Part shown: in pieces, positions 54,038 through 61,860 of the stretch
Numbering within the stretch: position 1 is the stretch's first letter
Layout of the letters: each line of letters begins with the position of its first letter
IMG/VR virus record: IMGVR_UViG_3300042468_000945
Coordinates: 32,001-96,000 of that record
Direction: 5' to 3' (one strand)
DNA length: 64,000 nucleotides
DNA from: a virus
The notes under the pieces: generated by a model
Seen by the model: only the letters and a program-made list of their open reading frames with translations
Databases searched by the model: none
Told to the model about the DNA's origin: nothing
Made by a program: the position numbers and the translations under genes

Positions 54038-55696
54038 TTACGCCTCTCCTGTATTAGTATTTGATATGGTACTTATAATATCCTCATTGTACAAGAAAAT
54101 GCTCTCAGCATCTTGAGCTAAGAAATCAAACCCAGCAGAACTTGTGTTTACGGAGTTTTTATTCTGTTTCTTTATATAAGTACCAGACCTTGCACCATTG
54201 TCTTCATATTTAAGTCCGCTATTGCTTATTAAAAGGTAAGGATTAGGAATAAATTCAGTTGAACCGTCAAGGTCACCTCTTGTTGACTGGGTAGTGCCAG
54301 ATCCTCCGCTACTCCTTGCACCTAGTCTGTCGTCTGGTACTACTATAATACCCCCACCGCCGCCACCGCCTCCTCCACCTCCACCACCGCTTGGTGGTGG
54401 TGTGTTTGGTTGTGGTGTTACTGGTGCGTTAGGTACAAGAGCATCACAATCAGTCACAACTCCATCTATAATAGCAAACTTATTGTGGTTCCATATATCA
54501 CCACTAAGATAAGCATGGCTTGGACCTTTTAATGTTATATTTACAACACTACCATACCCATCATCAACAATATCAAGAATTTGAATTGGATTAAAGTCTT
54601 TATCCAACAGAAAGTCCCCAATATGTAGTTCACTTAATAGCTTGTATTTGTCACAATCATCTTTACTAACACAAAATCTGTGGGTTTTGGTGCATTTAAT
54701 TATGCCATTGTTTGTGTAAACTCTGTATACTTTTTGGTTTGCAGCATGTTTAATGTGGGTGATTTCTTCTTCACCAAACCATGAATCAACAAACTCACCA
54801 ACAACTAAATCTTCTACTTTCTTACGTCCATTTTTTGTAGGTACTTCAGATCCATATCTTAAACAATTAATACAAGTTAGACCTAAATCTCCTGAGTCTG
54901 GAACCTCTTCTGGAGGTATGATAGGTGGGGTGTTTGGACTAGTTCCACCTCCACTTAAACCAGAATCAACCCCAGTTAAGTCACCACTAACAGCACCAAC
55001 TAAAGCCGCAATAATGGTGTTGGTTAAAATAATAGAAGGAAGTGTACCCACCACTTTATCAGCAGTAGCTTGTACTTTGCTTGTCGTTGTTTTACTATAA
55101 ACATCAAACCCAGACAAGTCTTGTATTTCAGATATGGCTTCTGCCATAAAGCTAAAAGTTTCATTAAGCACAATATTATCTGTACTTACACTCTTAGCAG
55201 AGTCCAGGATGTGTATCCCTCTAATATGGAAATAAGCGTTATCTCCTTTTATTTGGCTACTTTCAAATAAAACCAATAGATCAAAAGGAGGCAATTCATC
55301 AGGCAGAATTGTGTAGGATTGGAAAGCATTCCCCATCCATGCAGCGTATTCTCTTATGAGTGGTGCAAATGGGTTTTCATTAATAAACGAAAATGCAATG
55401 GAACCAGCAACCATTCTATGCCCTTTAGTTGTGGCTCTAATACCTCTTCTACCAAGACTAACTACAGGGTATTTATCTCTGTGAGTAGATATAGAAAGAA
55501 GAGATACGTTATGTAAATCTATTTGGGCTAATTTTGAATTTTGTGCTTGCTTTGAATAAGGAATCAAAGCAGTAATCTTCATATTGGCAAAAGAGTAATT
55601 CTTTGCTCGTTGCCAGGATACGGGTGGGTTAGAACCTTTAGTCCATACAAATCCACCACCGGTGTTGTCACCAACATTTAGAAGATTACCTGTCAT
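54038..55696 (-). CDS. Tail-tube paralog fused to a Hint (bacterial intein-like) domain and Gly/Pro-rich C-terminal region
   Basis: N-terminal YSFANM...LSISTHRDKYPVVSLG...KGHRMVAGSIAF...LPDELPPFDL...ETFSFMA is tube-like. Hint domain at aa 278-405. Confidence 0.7.
   Translation of the reverse strand: MTGNLLNVGDNTGGGFVWTKGSNPPVSWQRAKNYSFANMKITALIPYSKQAQNSKLAQIDLHNVSLLSISTHRDKYPVVSLGRRGIRATTKGHRMVAGSIAFSFINENPFAPLIREYAAWMGNAFQSYTILPDELPPFDLLVLFESSQIKGDNAYFHIRGIHILDSAKSVSTDNIVLNETFSFMAEAISEIQDLSGFDVYSKTTTSKVQATADKVVGTLPSIILTNTIIAALVGAVSGDLTGVDSGLSGGGTSPNTPPIIPPEEVPDSGDLGLTCINCLRYGSEVPTKNGRKKVEDLVVGEFVDSWFGEEEITHIKHAANQKVYRVYTNNGIIKCTKTHRFCVSKDDCDKYKLLSELHIGDFLLDKDFNPIQILDIVDDGYGSVVNITLKGPSHAYLSGDIWNHNKFAIIDGVVTDCDALVPNAPVTPQPNTPPPSGGGGGGGGGGGGGIIVVPDDRLGARSSGGSGTTQSTRGDLDGSTEFIPNPYLLISNSGLKYEDNGARSGTYIKKQNKNSVNTSSAGFDFLAQDAESIFLYNEDIISTISNTNTGEA
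54482..54865 (-). other. Hint domain (128 aa, no endonuclease), C1...HN followed by Lys
   Basis: CLRYGSEVPTKNG.KKVEDL.VGE.V (block A), IKCTKTHRF (block B TxxH), L.IGD.L, VVNITL...HAY..GDIWNHN (blocks F/G). The +1 residue is K, not C/S/T. Confidence 0.88.
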
Positions 55697-55712
55697 ACAA
55701 ATTCAAATAGTA

Positions 55713-55736
55713 CCTGGGTGGAGATTTCCACCCAGG
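55713..55736 (-). terminator. GC-rich hairpin after the major tail tube gene (terminator or mRNA stabiliser)
   Basis: Perfect 10 bp stem CCTGGGTGGA / TCCACCCAGG with a 4 nt loop. Only a weak U-tract follows (TACTATTT). Confidence 0.6.
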
Positions 55737-55750
55737 ATTTTGTTTAACTA

Positions 55751-56554
55751 TTATCTATTAATAGTTTCAATAGCTGTCCAAGGAGTGACAGCAAGAGCTA
55801 CAAAAGCCATACCGACAGAGTTACCCATGTCGTTTTGGCTGTAACCGCCAGTTTCTTGAGTAATTTGAATACCGTGAAGCAGACAACGAGCAGCAGCACC
55901 AGACTTGTTCACACCAACTAACGCAATGTCAAATGGAGGAATTTGGTCAGAATACATAACCTTCGTATCTCGTACAAACCTAGCAGCATCAATAATTTGA
56001 TCTCTAAGTTGGTCTTGTTGATCTTGAGCACTTAGACCTCTGAAGTTAGACAAGTTACCAAGGTTGTTTGCATCAGTATTGCTGAAGCTTGATGTAACAC
56101 CCAAAGGATTTGATCCCCTTGTATTTGCTGTGTTTACATTTCCATTAGCAAGATTGACTCCATTAGTAGGTGCTCCCGATGAGAGGTTCCACAAGTCGCC
56201 AATTGTACCGATGTCTAAACCATTCACTTTATTGTGAAGTTTAAATACTTGTTGAAGCAATGCGTGTCTTGCAAATTGTTGCAAAACCATAGAACCAACT
56301 ACAACACGCTTACCTTGAGTAAAGGCAACTGGGTCTCTTCGACCCATGACGTGGTTACTAACTGTTTCTGTTTGAATTGTCCAAGATACTGCTTCAACGT
56401 TACCAACCTTGATTTCGTTGAAGTATACTTGTAGGTCATGACCTGAGAAAGTTGAATCAGCAAAATCCGCAACGCTGAATGCATCTCTAACAGGCTTATA
56501 GTTCGCACTCTGCGGACTGTATGCGGTTCTTTGAAAAGGGTTTGTTCTAGCCAT
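55751..56554 (-). CDS. Major tail tube protein
   Basis: TFSGHDLQVYF..KVGNVEAVSWTIQTE....HVMGRRDPVAFTQGKRVVVGSMVL...DQIPPFDI. Directly downstream of the sheath gene and followed by a hairpin. Confidence 0.75.
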   Translation of the reverse strand: MARTNPFQRTAYSPQSANYKPVRDAFSVADFADSTFSGHDLQVYFNEIKVGNVEAVSWTIQTETVSNHVMGRRDPVAFTQGKRVVVGSMVLQQFARHALLQQVFKLHNKVNGLDIGTIGDLWNLSSGAPTNGVNLANGNVNTANTRGSNPLGVTSSFSNTDANNLGNLSNFRGLSAQDQQDQLRDQIIDAARFVRDTKVMYSDQIPPFDIALVGVNKSGAAARCLLHGIQITQETGGYSQNDMGNSVGMAFVALAVTPWTAIETINR

Positions 56555-56576
56555 TTTTATATTTTCCTATTATAGA

Positions 56577-58331
56577 TTAGTCAACTTGTCTCACTGAAAC
56601 ATTCAACTTAATTTGTCTAATCGCACTAGAAAGAGCAAGTTCTAACAACACAGTTACGATACCTAATGCTGCTTCGGTTCCAGCCATTTCAATGCTGAAG
56701 TCGTATCCTTCTCCTCTACTACCTCTAAGACCACCAGACAATGCGTATCCAGCCAAGACGTTTTCCACCTTAGCTTCCATAGCTGCCTGAGTTCCATAAC
56801 CCAAAGTCTGTCCAATGAACGGTCTAAGAGCAACTTGAATGTCCTTTTGAATAGATGCACACATATTCATTTGCTGATAATTTCTGAAGAAATCATCTCT
56901 AGCAGATGCAGTAACATCATCATTGATAACCAAAGGTCCAAGAGGACTGATTTGGTCTCTGACGAGTACAACGTATGCTCCACCACCGCTGACATTGTTA
57001 TTAAGGTCAGCACCTACTCCATTACCTAACAACACAGCAGTGCTTTGTGGGAATGGTCTAGTATAACCTTTAATACCTGGCAGGGTTCTTTGAGTTGTTG
57101 ATTGCTCAGGTGGAATAGTAGTCAAGAATGCAGCGTAAGATACGTGTGGTTGGTAGTTGTAATCTCCGCCCATGTCTGGGTGATTGTAGATTACGTCTGG
57201 ACCAGCAACAACAGATACGTTACTGAAGACATCTTTAAGAGTGCCATTAGTACCAGATCGAGTTCTTCCAGTAGCAAGAATAGGACCAGCTTTAATCCAC
57301 TTAGATGCTTGTCGGTAATATCCGTATGATGTTGCTAACAACGAATCATTAGCGTAAGTAATGATATCAGCATTATCTCTAAGAGGATTGCTTCTAGTAG
57401 CCATAACTCCATGACATTGTGTTTGCTCTGAGCTTACAGCATCAATGAAGTCAGCAAAGTCATTAAGCAGGGATGTTGAAGTTGCGTTTCCACCAGCAGT
57501 TACCTGGTCATCAACGTGAACACCTGTCAATACAGCTACATCAAATGGGTATCTACTATCTCTAATTGATTGGAATGTTCCAGTCGTTGCGTTAACAAGT
57601 CCGAGAGCATAATCAAACAGACCACTTCCAGATGTTGTAAAGTGTTCAGGACCATAAGTTTCGCCTCTTGCAAAGCAACCATTAGTACCACCTGTAAAGT
57701 TAGCTGTACCAGAAGTTGCAGCATAGATTGAGGACAATGTAGAAGCAAGATATGGATTTACAGTAGCAGAAGTATCATTAAAATCAATACTCTTATTTGC
57801 AAAGTTTGTATTGACTCGAATAATAAATTCGCCTAATGTAGTACCACTTGCGCTACCTGTAAGGACTAGGTTACCACCCTTTGTTAAAGGTTGGGTCAAG
57901 GTAAAGGTATAAAGGTCACCTACAATACCTAGAGATACAGATTGGGTATTGTAGATTCGTCCTGGGTTTCTAGCAACACCTGTTAAGTATCCACCACCAC
58001 CCAAAGTTACAGTTGCTTTGGTTCCTGATGCTCTAACAGCAACAATGTCCCGCGCACCAGCAGCAATTGCTTGTGCAATAGCTAATGGCAGAGTACTTCC
58101 AGCATACTTGTTAGATTCAGTGCCTGTAGTCGGGTCTAGGTAGCCCTTACTATAATTTGCAGGTCCGAATACTCGTTCTGCTTGTGTTCCGTCAGTGATA
58201 CGAACAGGACTATTTAAAGGACCATCCTGTGCTGTACCGATAATAAGTAAAGTGTTTGTTGAAGGACCTTCAACAATTTGCTTTATCTTCCCTCCAAAAA
58301 GTGAAGAGGTAAATCCAGTTCTTATTGCCAT
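56577..58331 (-). CDS. Major tail sheath protein
   Basis: LLIIGTAQDGPLNSPVRI...AERVFG, AIAAGARDIVAVRA, TGGTNG, C-terminal sheath domain (VALRPFIGQ...LELALSSAIRQIKLNV). AGGAG Shine-Dalgarno 7 nt before the ATG. Confidence 0.88.
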   Translation of the reverse strand: MAIRTGFTSSLFGGKIKQIVEGPSTNTLLIIGTAQDGPLNSPVRITDGTQAERVFGPANYSKGYLDPTTGTESNKYAGSTLPLAIAQAIAAGARDIVAVRASGTKATVTLGGGGYLTGVARNPGRIYNTQSVSLGIVGDLYTFTLTQPLTKGGNLVLTGSASGTTLGEFIIRVNTNFANKSIDFNDTSATVNPYLASTLSSIYAATSGTANFTGGTNGCFARGETYGPEHFTTSGSGLFDYALGLVNATTGTFQSIRDSRYPFDVAVLTGVHVDDQVTAGGNATSTSLLNDFADFIDAVSSEQTQCHGVMATRSNPLRDNADIITYANDSLLATSYGYYRQASKWIKAGPILATGRTRSGTNGTLKDVFSNVSVVAGPDVIYNHPDMGGDYNYQPHVSYAAFLTTIPPEQSTTQRTLPGIKGYTRPFPQSTAVLLGNGVGADLNNNVSGGGAYVVLVRDQISPLGPLVINDDVTASARDDFFRNYQQMNMCASIQKDIQVALRPFIGQTLGYGTQAAMEAKVENVLAGYALSGGLRGSRGEGYDFSIEMAGTEAALGIVTVLLELALSSAIRQIKLNVSVRQVD

Positions 58332-58350
58332 TTGTTATCTCCTAATTATT

Positions 58351-58357
58351 AATAGAG
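58351..58357 (-). promoter_or_regulatory. CTCTATT motif (candidate late promoter element)
   Basis: Lies in the 39 bp gap, 19 nt before the sheath ATG. Confidence 0.5.
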
Positions 58358-58370
58358 TGCTTTTTATTCC

Positions 58371-59288
58371 TTAAGTTTCTTCTTTTTTTATGGTTGTAGG
58401 ATAATTTAAGTAACCATCCCTAATTGTTTGTGTTGTAGTTCCTGAGTAATAAGCATACTCAACAATGAAGCTTTCGTTTTCTTTGGGTGGTGCCCCATAT
58501 TCTCTAAGCCATTTAAGACTTTTGATTGTGTTATCAGTTTCTAATACTTTTTGATAGTCTGCACCTTCGTATAGCTCAATAAGTACGGTAGAATTGGGTT
58601 TTCTCTTCCTTACGGAAAGTACTTCTGAGATTCTTTGGTTTGAGTTTCTTGTTGGTATTGTAAATAATGTGCTATTGCTATCTGGTTGAACTATAATGTC
58701 AGTAATGTCTTTCATTAATCCTAACCTTTTTTCTACTCTAATTTCTCGTAGTTCTGGAAGGATTACTTTGCGTCTAACAGGGAAGAGTAACTGAAATCTG
58801 CAAGTTCTAACTAGTAAATCATCAACTCTCTGCCAAGCATAGTGTGTGTCTTCGTATTGTTGTTCAAATGATAGTGATAAACCTTCAACTAGTCTTTGTA
58901 ACTCACCTTCACAATCAATTACTGCATTTTCAAGGTCCCAGGCAATGTCATCAGCTTCATCACTAGAACTAGAGAAAACAGAAAACTCTAAGTGTATGGT
59001 GTGTTGTTGTTTGTGTTGTTCTACAACTTGTCCAAACTCATCAGAATGTAATTGTCTCTCAAAATTAGCTCCTCTTGCTTGGGCGGTCTTATTCTTACCA
59101 CCACCAGGAACTCTTTTAATTGTCTTATAAACTATGGTTGATTTATTTACGCTTTCTTTGGGATACGCATTAGAAAACCCAACATCGTATGTGTTTTTAA
59201 AATAATCCCCTATAAGCTCATAAATGTAACTACCAACTTTATAAGGATTAAAGTCGCTCCTATTGTCTGAATTACTATTTAAAAGCAT
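58371..59288 (-). CDS. Tail completion / terminator-like protein
   Basis: IVYKTIKRVP...LEFSVFSSSSDEADDIAWDLE pattern. Located between the neck and sheath genes. Confidence 0.55.
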   Translation of the reverse strand: MLLNSNSDNRSDFNPYKVGSYIYELIGDYFKNTYDVGFSNAYPKESVNKSTIVYKTIKRVPGGGKNKTAQARGANFERQLHSDEFGQVVEQHKQQHTIHLEFSVFSSSSDEADDIAWDLENAVIDCEGELQRLVEGLSLSFEQQYEDTHYAWQRVDDLLVRTCRFQLLFPVRRKVILPELREIRVEKRLGLMKDITDIIVQPDSNSTLFTIPTRNSNQRISEVLSVRKRKPNSTVLIELYEGADYQKVLETDNTIKSLKWLREYGAPPKENESFIVEYAYYSGTTTQTIRDGYLNYPTTIKKEET

Positions 59289-59306
59289 ATTTAAACATCT
59301 TTAACA

Positions 59307-59313
59307 AATAGAG
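59307..59313 (-). promoter_or_regulatory. CTCTATT motif (candidate late promoter element)
   Basis: Lies in the 26 bp gap, 18 nt before the ATG at 59288. Confidence 0.5.
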
Positions 59314-59314
59314 A

Positions 59315-61243
59315 CTAAGAAACCATAACATTAAATGATATTTTTAGTATCTGAGAAAAAATAAGTCCCTGAATAAATACAGTTAACACACCGTCATTCA
59401 AATAAATAGTGACATCTTCAATAGTTATATTCTTAATTTGGTCTAAGATTCCTTTTAAGGTGTTTGATAAGTTTGATTGGTAGCCTTGTTGTAAATTGTT
59501 TCCAAGGAATTTTCTAAGATATTGTACTGCGTGTTTTTGTATTTCACAAACTTTTGAATTATAATTATAACTGAAAGTAGAATCAGAGCAGACTGAACTA
59601 TCCACAGCCACACTATTATTACCTATCCATCGTCTGAATACATTTATACCATTAAGGTATGCAAATTCAATTTCTGGTTCAGCATAGTTAGGTGTTGTTC
59701 TTAATATTTTACTAGGTTTATTAGTTAACAGACCATCATTTTCTAGTAAAATTAAACTCACAGCATTTACTGAATTCTGTACCCATGTCTGTCCGTTAAT
59801 ACTTAAATCACAAGTTCCAGCAAATAATGTTACAAATGGGTGTCGTATTTGTAGTTGTCTTAGGTAAGACATGATATCGTCAACATTGTTTTCATTACCA
59901 GCAGAAGCCACCACACCCACCGTTACATCGTCAATTGTAGTATTTAAGTGGTCGTCGGTATCTATTAACAATAATTCTATTCGTGTTGCGGGTTTATTAA
60001 ATTGACAACCAAAAAAGTATTTTGCTTCGGCTACGACACCAGTTAGTGATGTTGTTTCGTAAATAATATTGTTCTGATCAAAAGCTGTCAATCTGTAGCT
60101 TTCTGATCCTTTACAACTCCAAAAACCAAAAGAACTTATTTTTTTGTTTGCTGGAGGAGTGAATGTCAATGCTCCTGAACTTACTGGGAAAAGCCTAAGT
60201 GACTTTGTTCCAGAGTACGCAACATACCCTGAAGTAGTAGGGTTTAAATTGTCAACTACAATAGCTCCTGTTGGCGAGATTGAACAACCTTCTATTGTGC
60301 TCAAAACAGTTCCACTTAATGTAGCCTCAAAAGTGTTTATTGGTGCAAACGGGTTTTGCAAGCCAAAAGTAGTTGATGCAACCAATCCCCCACTATAGTT
60401 AACACCACCAACAAGTCTTGGAACTTGGAAGCAAAATTGTCTTAATTGATTAAAATTATCGTTGTAGAAGTCTGATATTCTTCCCATTATATTGTTATCA
60501 ATGTGTCCAAGAACAACAACATGAGTAACATTATATGGAATCTCATTAATATCTAAAAACTCATTAATACTATTAAAATCAACAGCACCATCTGAACCAT
60601 TAGATAATGTATAAGTGTCGTCAGGTGGGAAAGCTTCTATATTATATTTACTAATATAAAAAGGCAATAACCCACTATCACAGTCTCTGTTTATCTTACT
60701 AACAACAGTGTCAACATCACCAAAATAAGTTTTTTCAGGGTAGTTTTCAAATGCTTCAAAGATAATTCCTGATGTGCTTATATCTAAGCTAATATTATTG
60801 TATTTTATTCCACGATATTTGGATGTAAAAACCCAATCATCTAGATCACAATTTGCAGATACTCCACCTAACCTACCACAATAGAAATTAGTTTGACCGT
60901 TTTCAAGTAAGTAAGTGGCATTACTAATAATGTCAGATGATTCTGTATAGGGACAATAATGTAAATTAAGTAACTTACCTGTACCTCCAATTGACCCAAA
61001 ATAAAGTGTTTTATCTTGTACTGTTGGAGAATATAGAATACCAGTCAACAAGGTATCTGAATTCTTTACAGTTGTTTGTGGTGTATAATCCAGTATTGCT
61101 GATGTAGCTGTCGCTGTAAGGGATACGTTTTGTATGTACTCTCCACCAAATGTCTGTTTAAGTGTTGTTAAGTTATTAACTTGAACACAAGTATTTGATG
61201 GTCCATCAGTAGCTGTACCTAATATTAAAACGTTTGTCGCCAT
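59315..61243 (-). CDS. Second, divergent tail sheath-like protein with inserted beta-sandwich domain
   Basis: N-terminus VLILGTATDGPSNTCVQV..LKQTFG aligns with the major sheath LIIGTAQDGPLNSPVRI..AERVFG. FTSKYRGIKYNNISL, LSNGSDG, and a C-terminal sheath-like domain (LRKFLGN). Confidence 0.7.
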   Translation of the reverse strand: MATNVLILGTATDGPSNTCVQVNNLTTLKQTFGGEYIQNVSLTATATSAILDYTPQTTVKNSDTLLTGILYSPTVQDKTLYFGSIGGTGKLLNLHYCPYTESSDIISNATYLLENGQTNFYCGRLGGVSANCDLDDWVFTSKYRGIKYNNISLDISTSGIIFEAFENYPEKTYFGDVDTVVSKINRDCDSGLLPFYISKYNIEAFPPDDTYTLSNGSDGAVDFNSINEFLDINEIPYNVTHVVVLGHIDNNIMGRISDFYNDNFNQLRQFCFQVPRLVGGVNYSGGLVASTTFGLQNPFAPINTFEATLSGTVLSTIEGCSISPTGAIVVDNLNPTTSGYVAYSGTKSLRLFPVSSGALTFTPPANKKISSFGFWSCKGSESYRLTAFDQNNIIYETTSLTGVVAEAKYFFGCQFNKPATRIELLLIDTDDHLNTTIDDVTVGVVASAGNENNVDDIMSYLRQLQIRHPFVTLFAGTCDLSINGQTWVQNSVNAVSLILLENDGLLTNKPSKILRTTPNYAEPEIEFAYLNGINVFRRWIGNNSVAVDSSVCSDSTFSYNYNSKVCEIQKHAVQYLRKFLGNNLQQGYQSNLSNTLKGILDQIKNITIEDVTIYLNDGVLTVFIQGLIFSQILKISFNVMVS

Positions 61244-61248
61244 ATAAA

Positions 61249-61860
61249 TTACCAGTAAGTTGTTCTAGACCACTCTTCTTCTTTGAAAATCGGAGTGTCT
61301 ATTGTTAGTGGAATATTTTTATCAAGCAGATTTTTATCAATATTTGTATTTTTTAGGTTTATGCCAATGTATGCAACTTCTCTTTCAAACCTATCAACAA
61401 CTGATTTAATAGTTAGTGCATCAGTAAAACGAAGAACTTTTCTTTTAGGGTTAACAGGAACTTGTTCAATAGGAATGTTCCACTCACAAATTAAAATAAT
61501 ATCTTCAAGTTCTGGTTTAATAACTCTTGGAATATATCCAGTATAACTCCAAACTTCAAGATAACCAGCTTCGCTTCTTACTTCACCTTGTGTGCTTGCT
61601 AGTCCTTGTGCAAGCCTTATAGGGATGATCTTAGGGGTAACCAGTCTCCCAGTACCCCAACACTTACTGCAAGCCTCTTCGGTCACCCTAGCTATGGTAG
61701 TGGACGCATCTGAATCGCTCCAATGCTTTGCACACTTATCCTCATCGCGCAACCTTAAATAAATTGCGTAATCTGGGTTTTCAAAGATGAACTTTTCCGC
61801 ACTGTTGCCAATAGGATAAGCTTTCTTCCAGTTAGATCTAGATTGACCCCACTCTGACAT
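61249..61860 (-). CDS. Head-closure / neck protein with putative Zn ribbon
   Basis: CAKH...CSKCWGTG Zn-finger-like pair. Located after the head-tail adaptor. Confidence 0.5.
   Translation of the reverse strand: MSEWGQSRSNWKKAYPIGNSAEKFIFENPDYAIYLRLRDEDKCAKHWSDSDASTTIARVTEEACSKCWGTGRLVTPKIIPIRLAQGLASTQGEVRSEAGYLEVWSYTGYIPRVIKPELEDIILICEWNIPIEQVPVNPKRKVLRFTDALTIKSVVDRFEREVAYIGINLKNTNIDKNLLDKNIPLTIDTPIFKEEEWSRTTYW

Noticed and set aside
54482-54865. Canonical mobile splicing intein
   Set aside because: The +1 residue is Lys, there is no homing endonuclease, and the domain sits in low-complexity linkers rather than a conserved enzyme motif. It is treated as a BIL/Hint domain instead.
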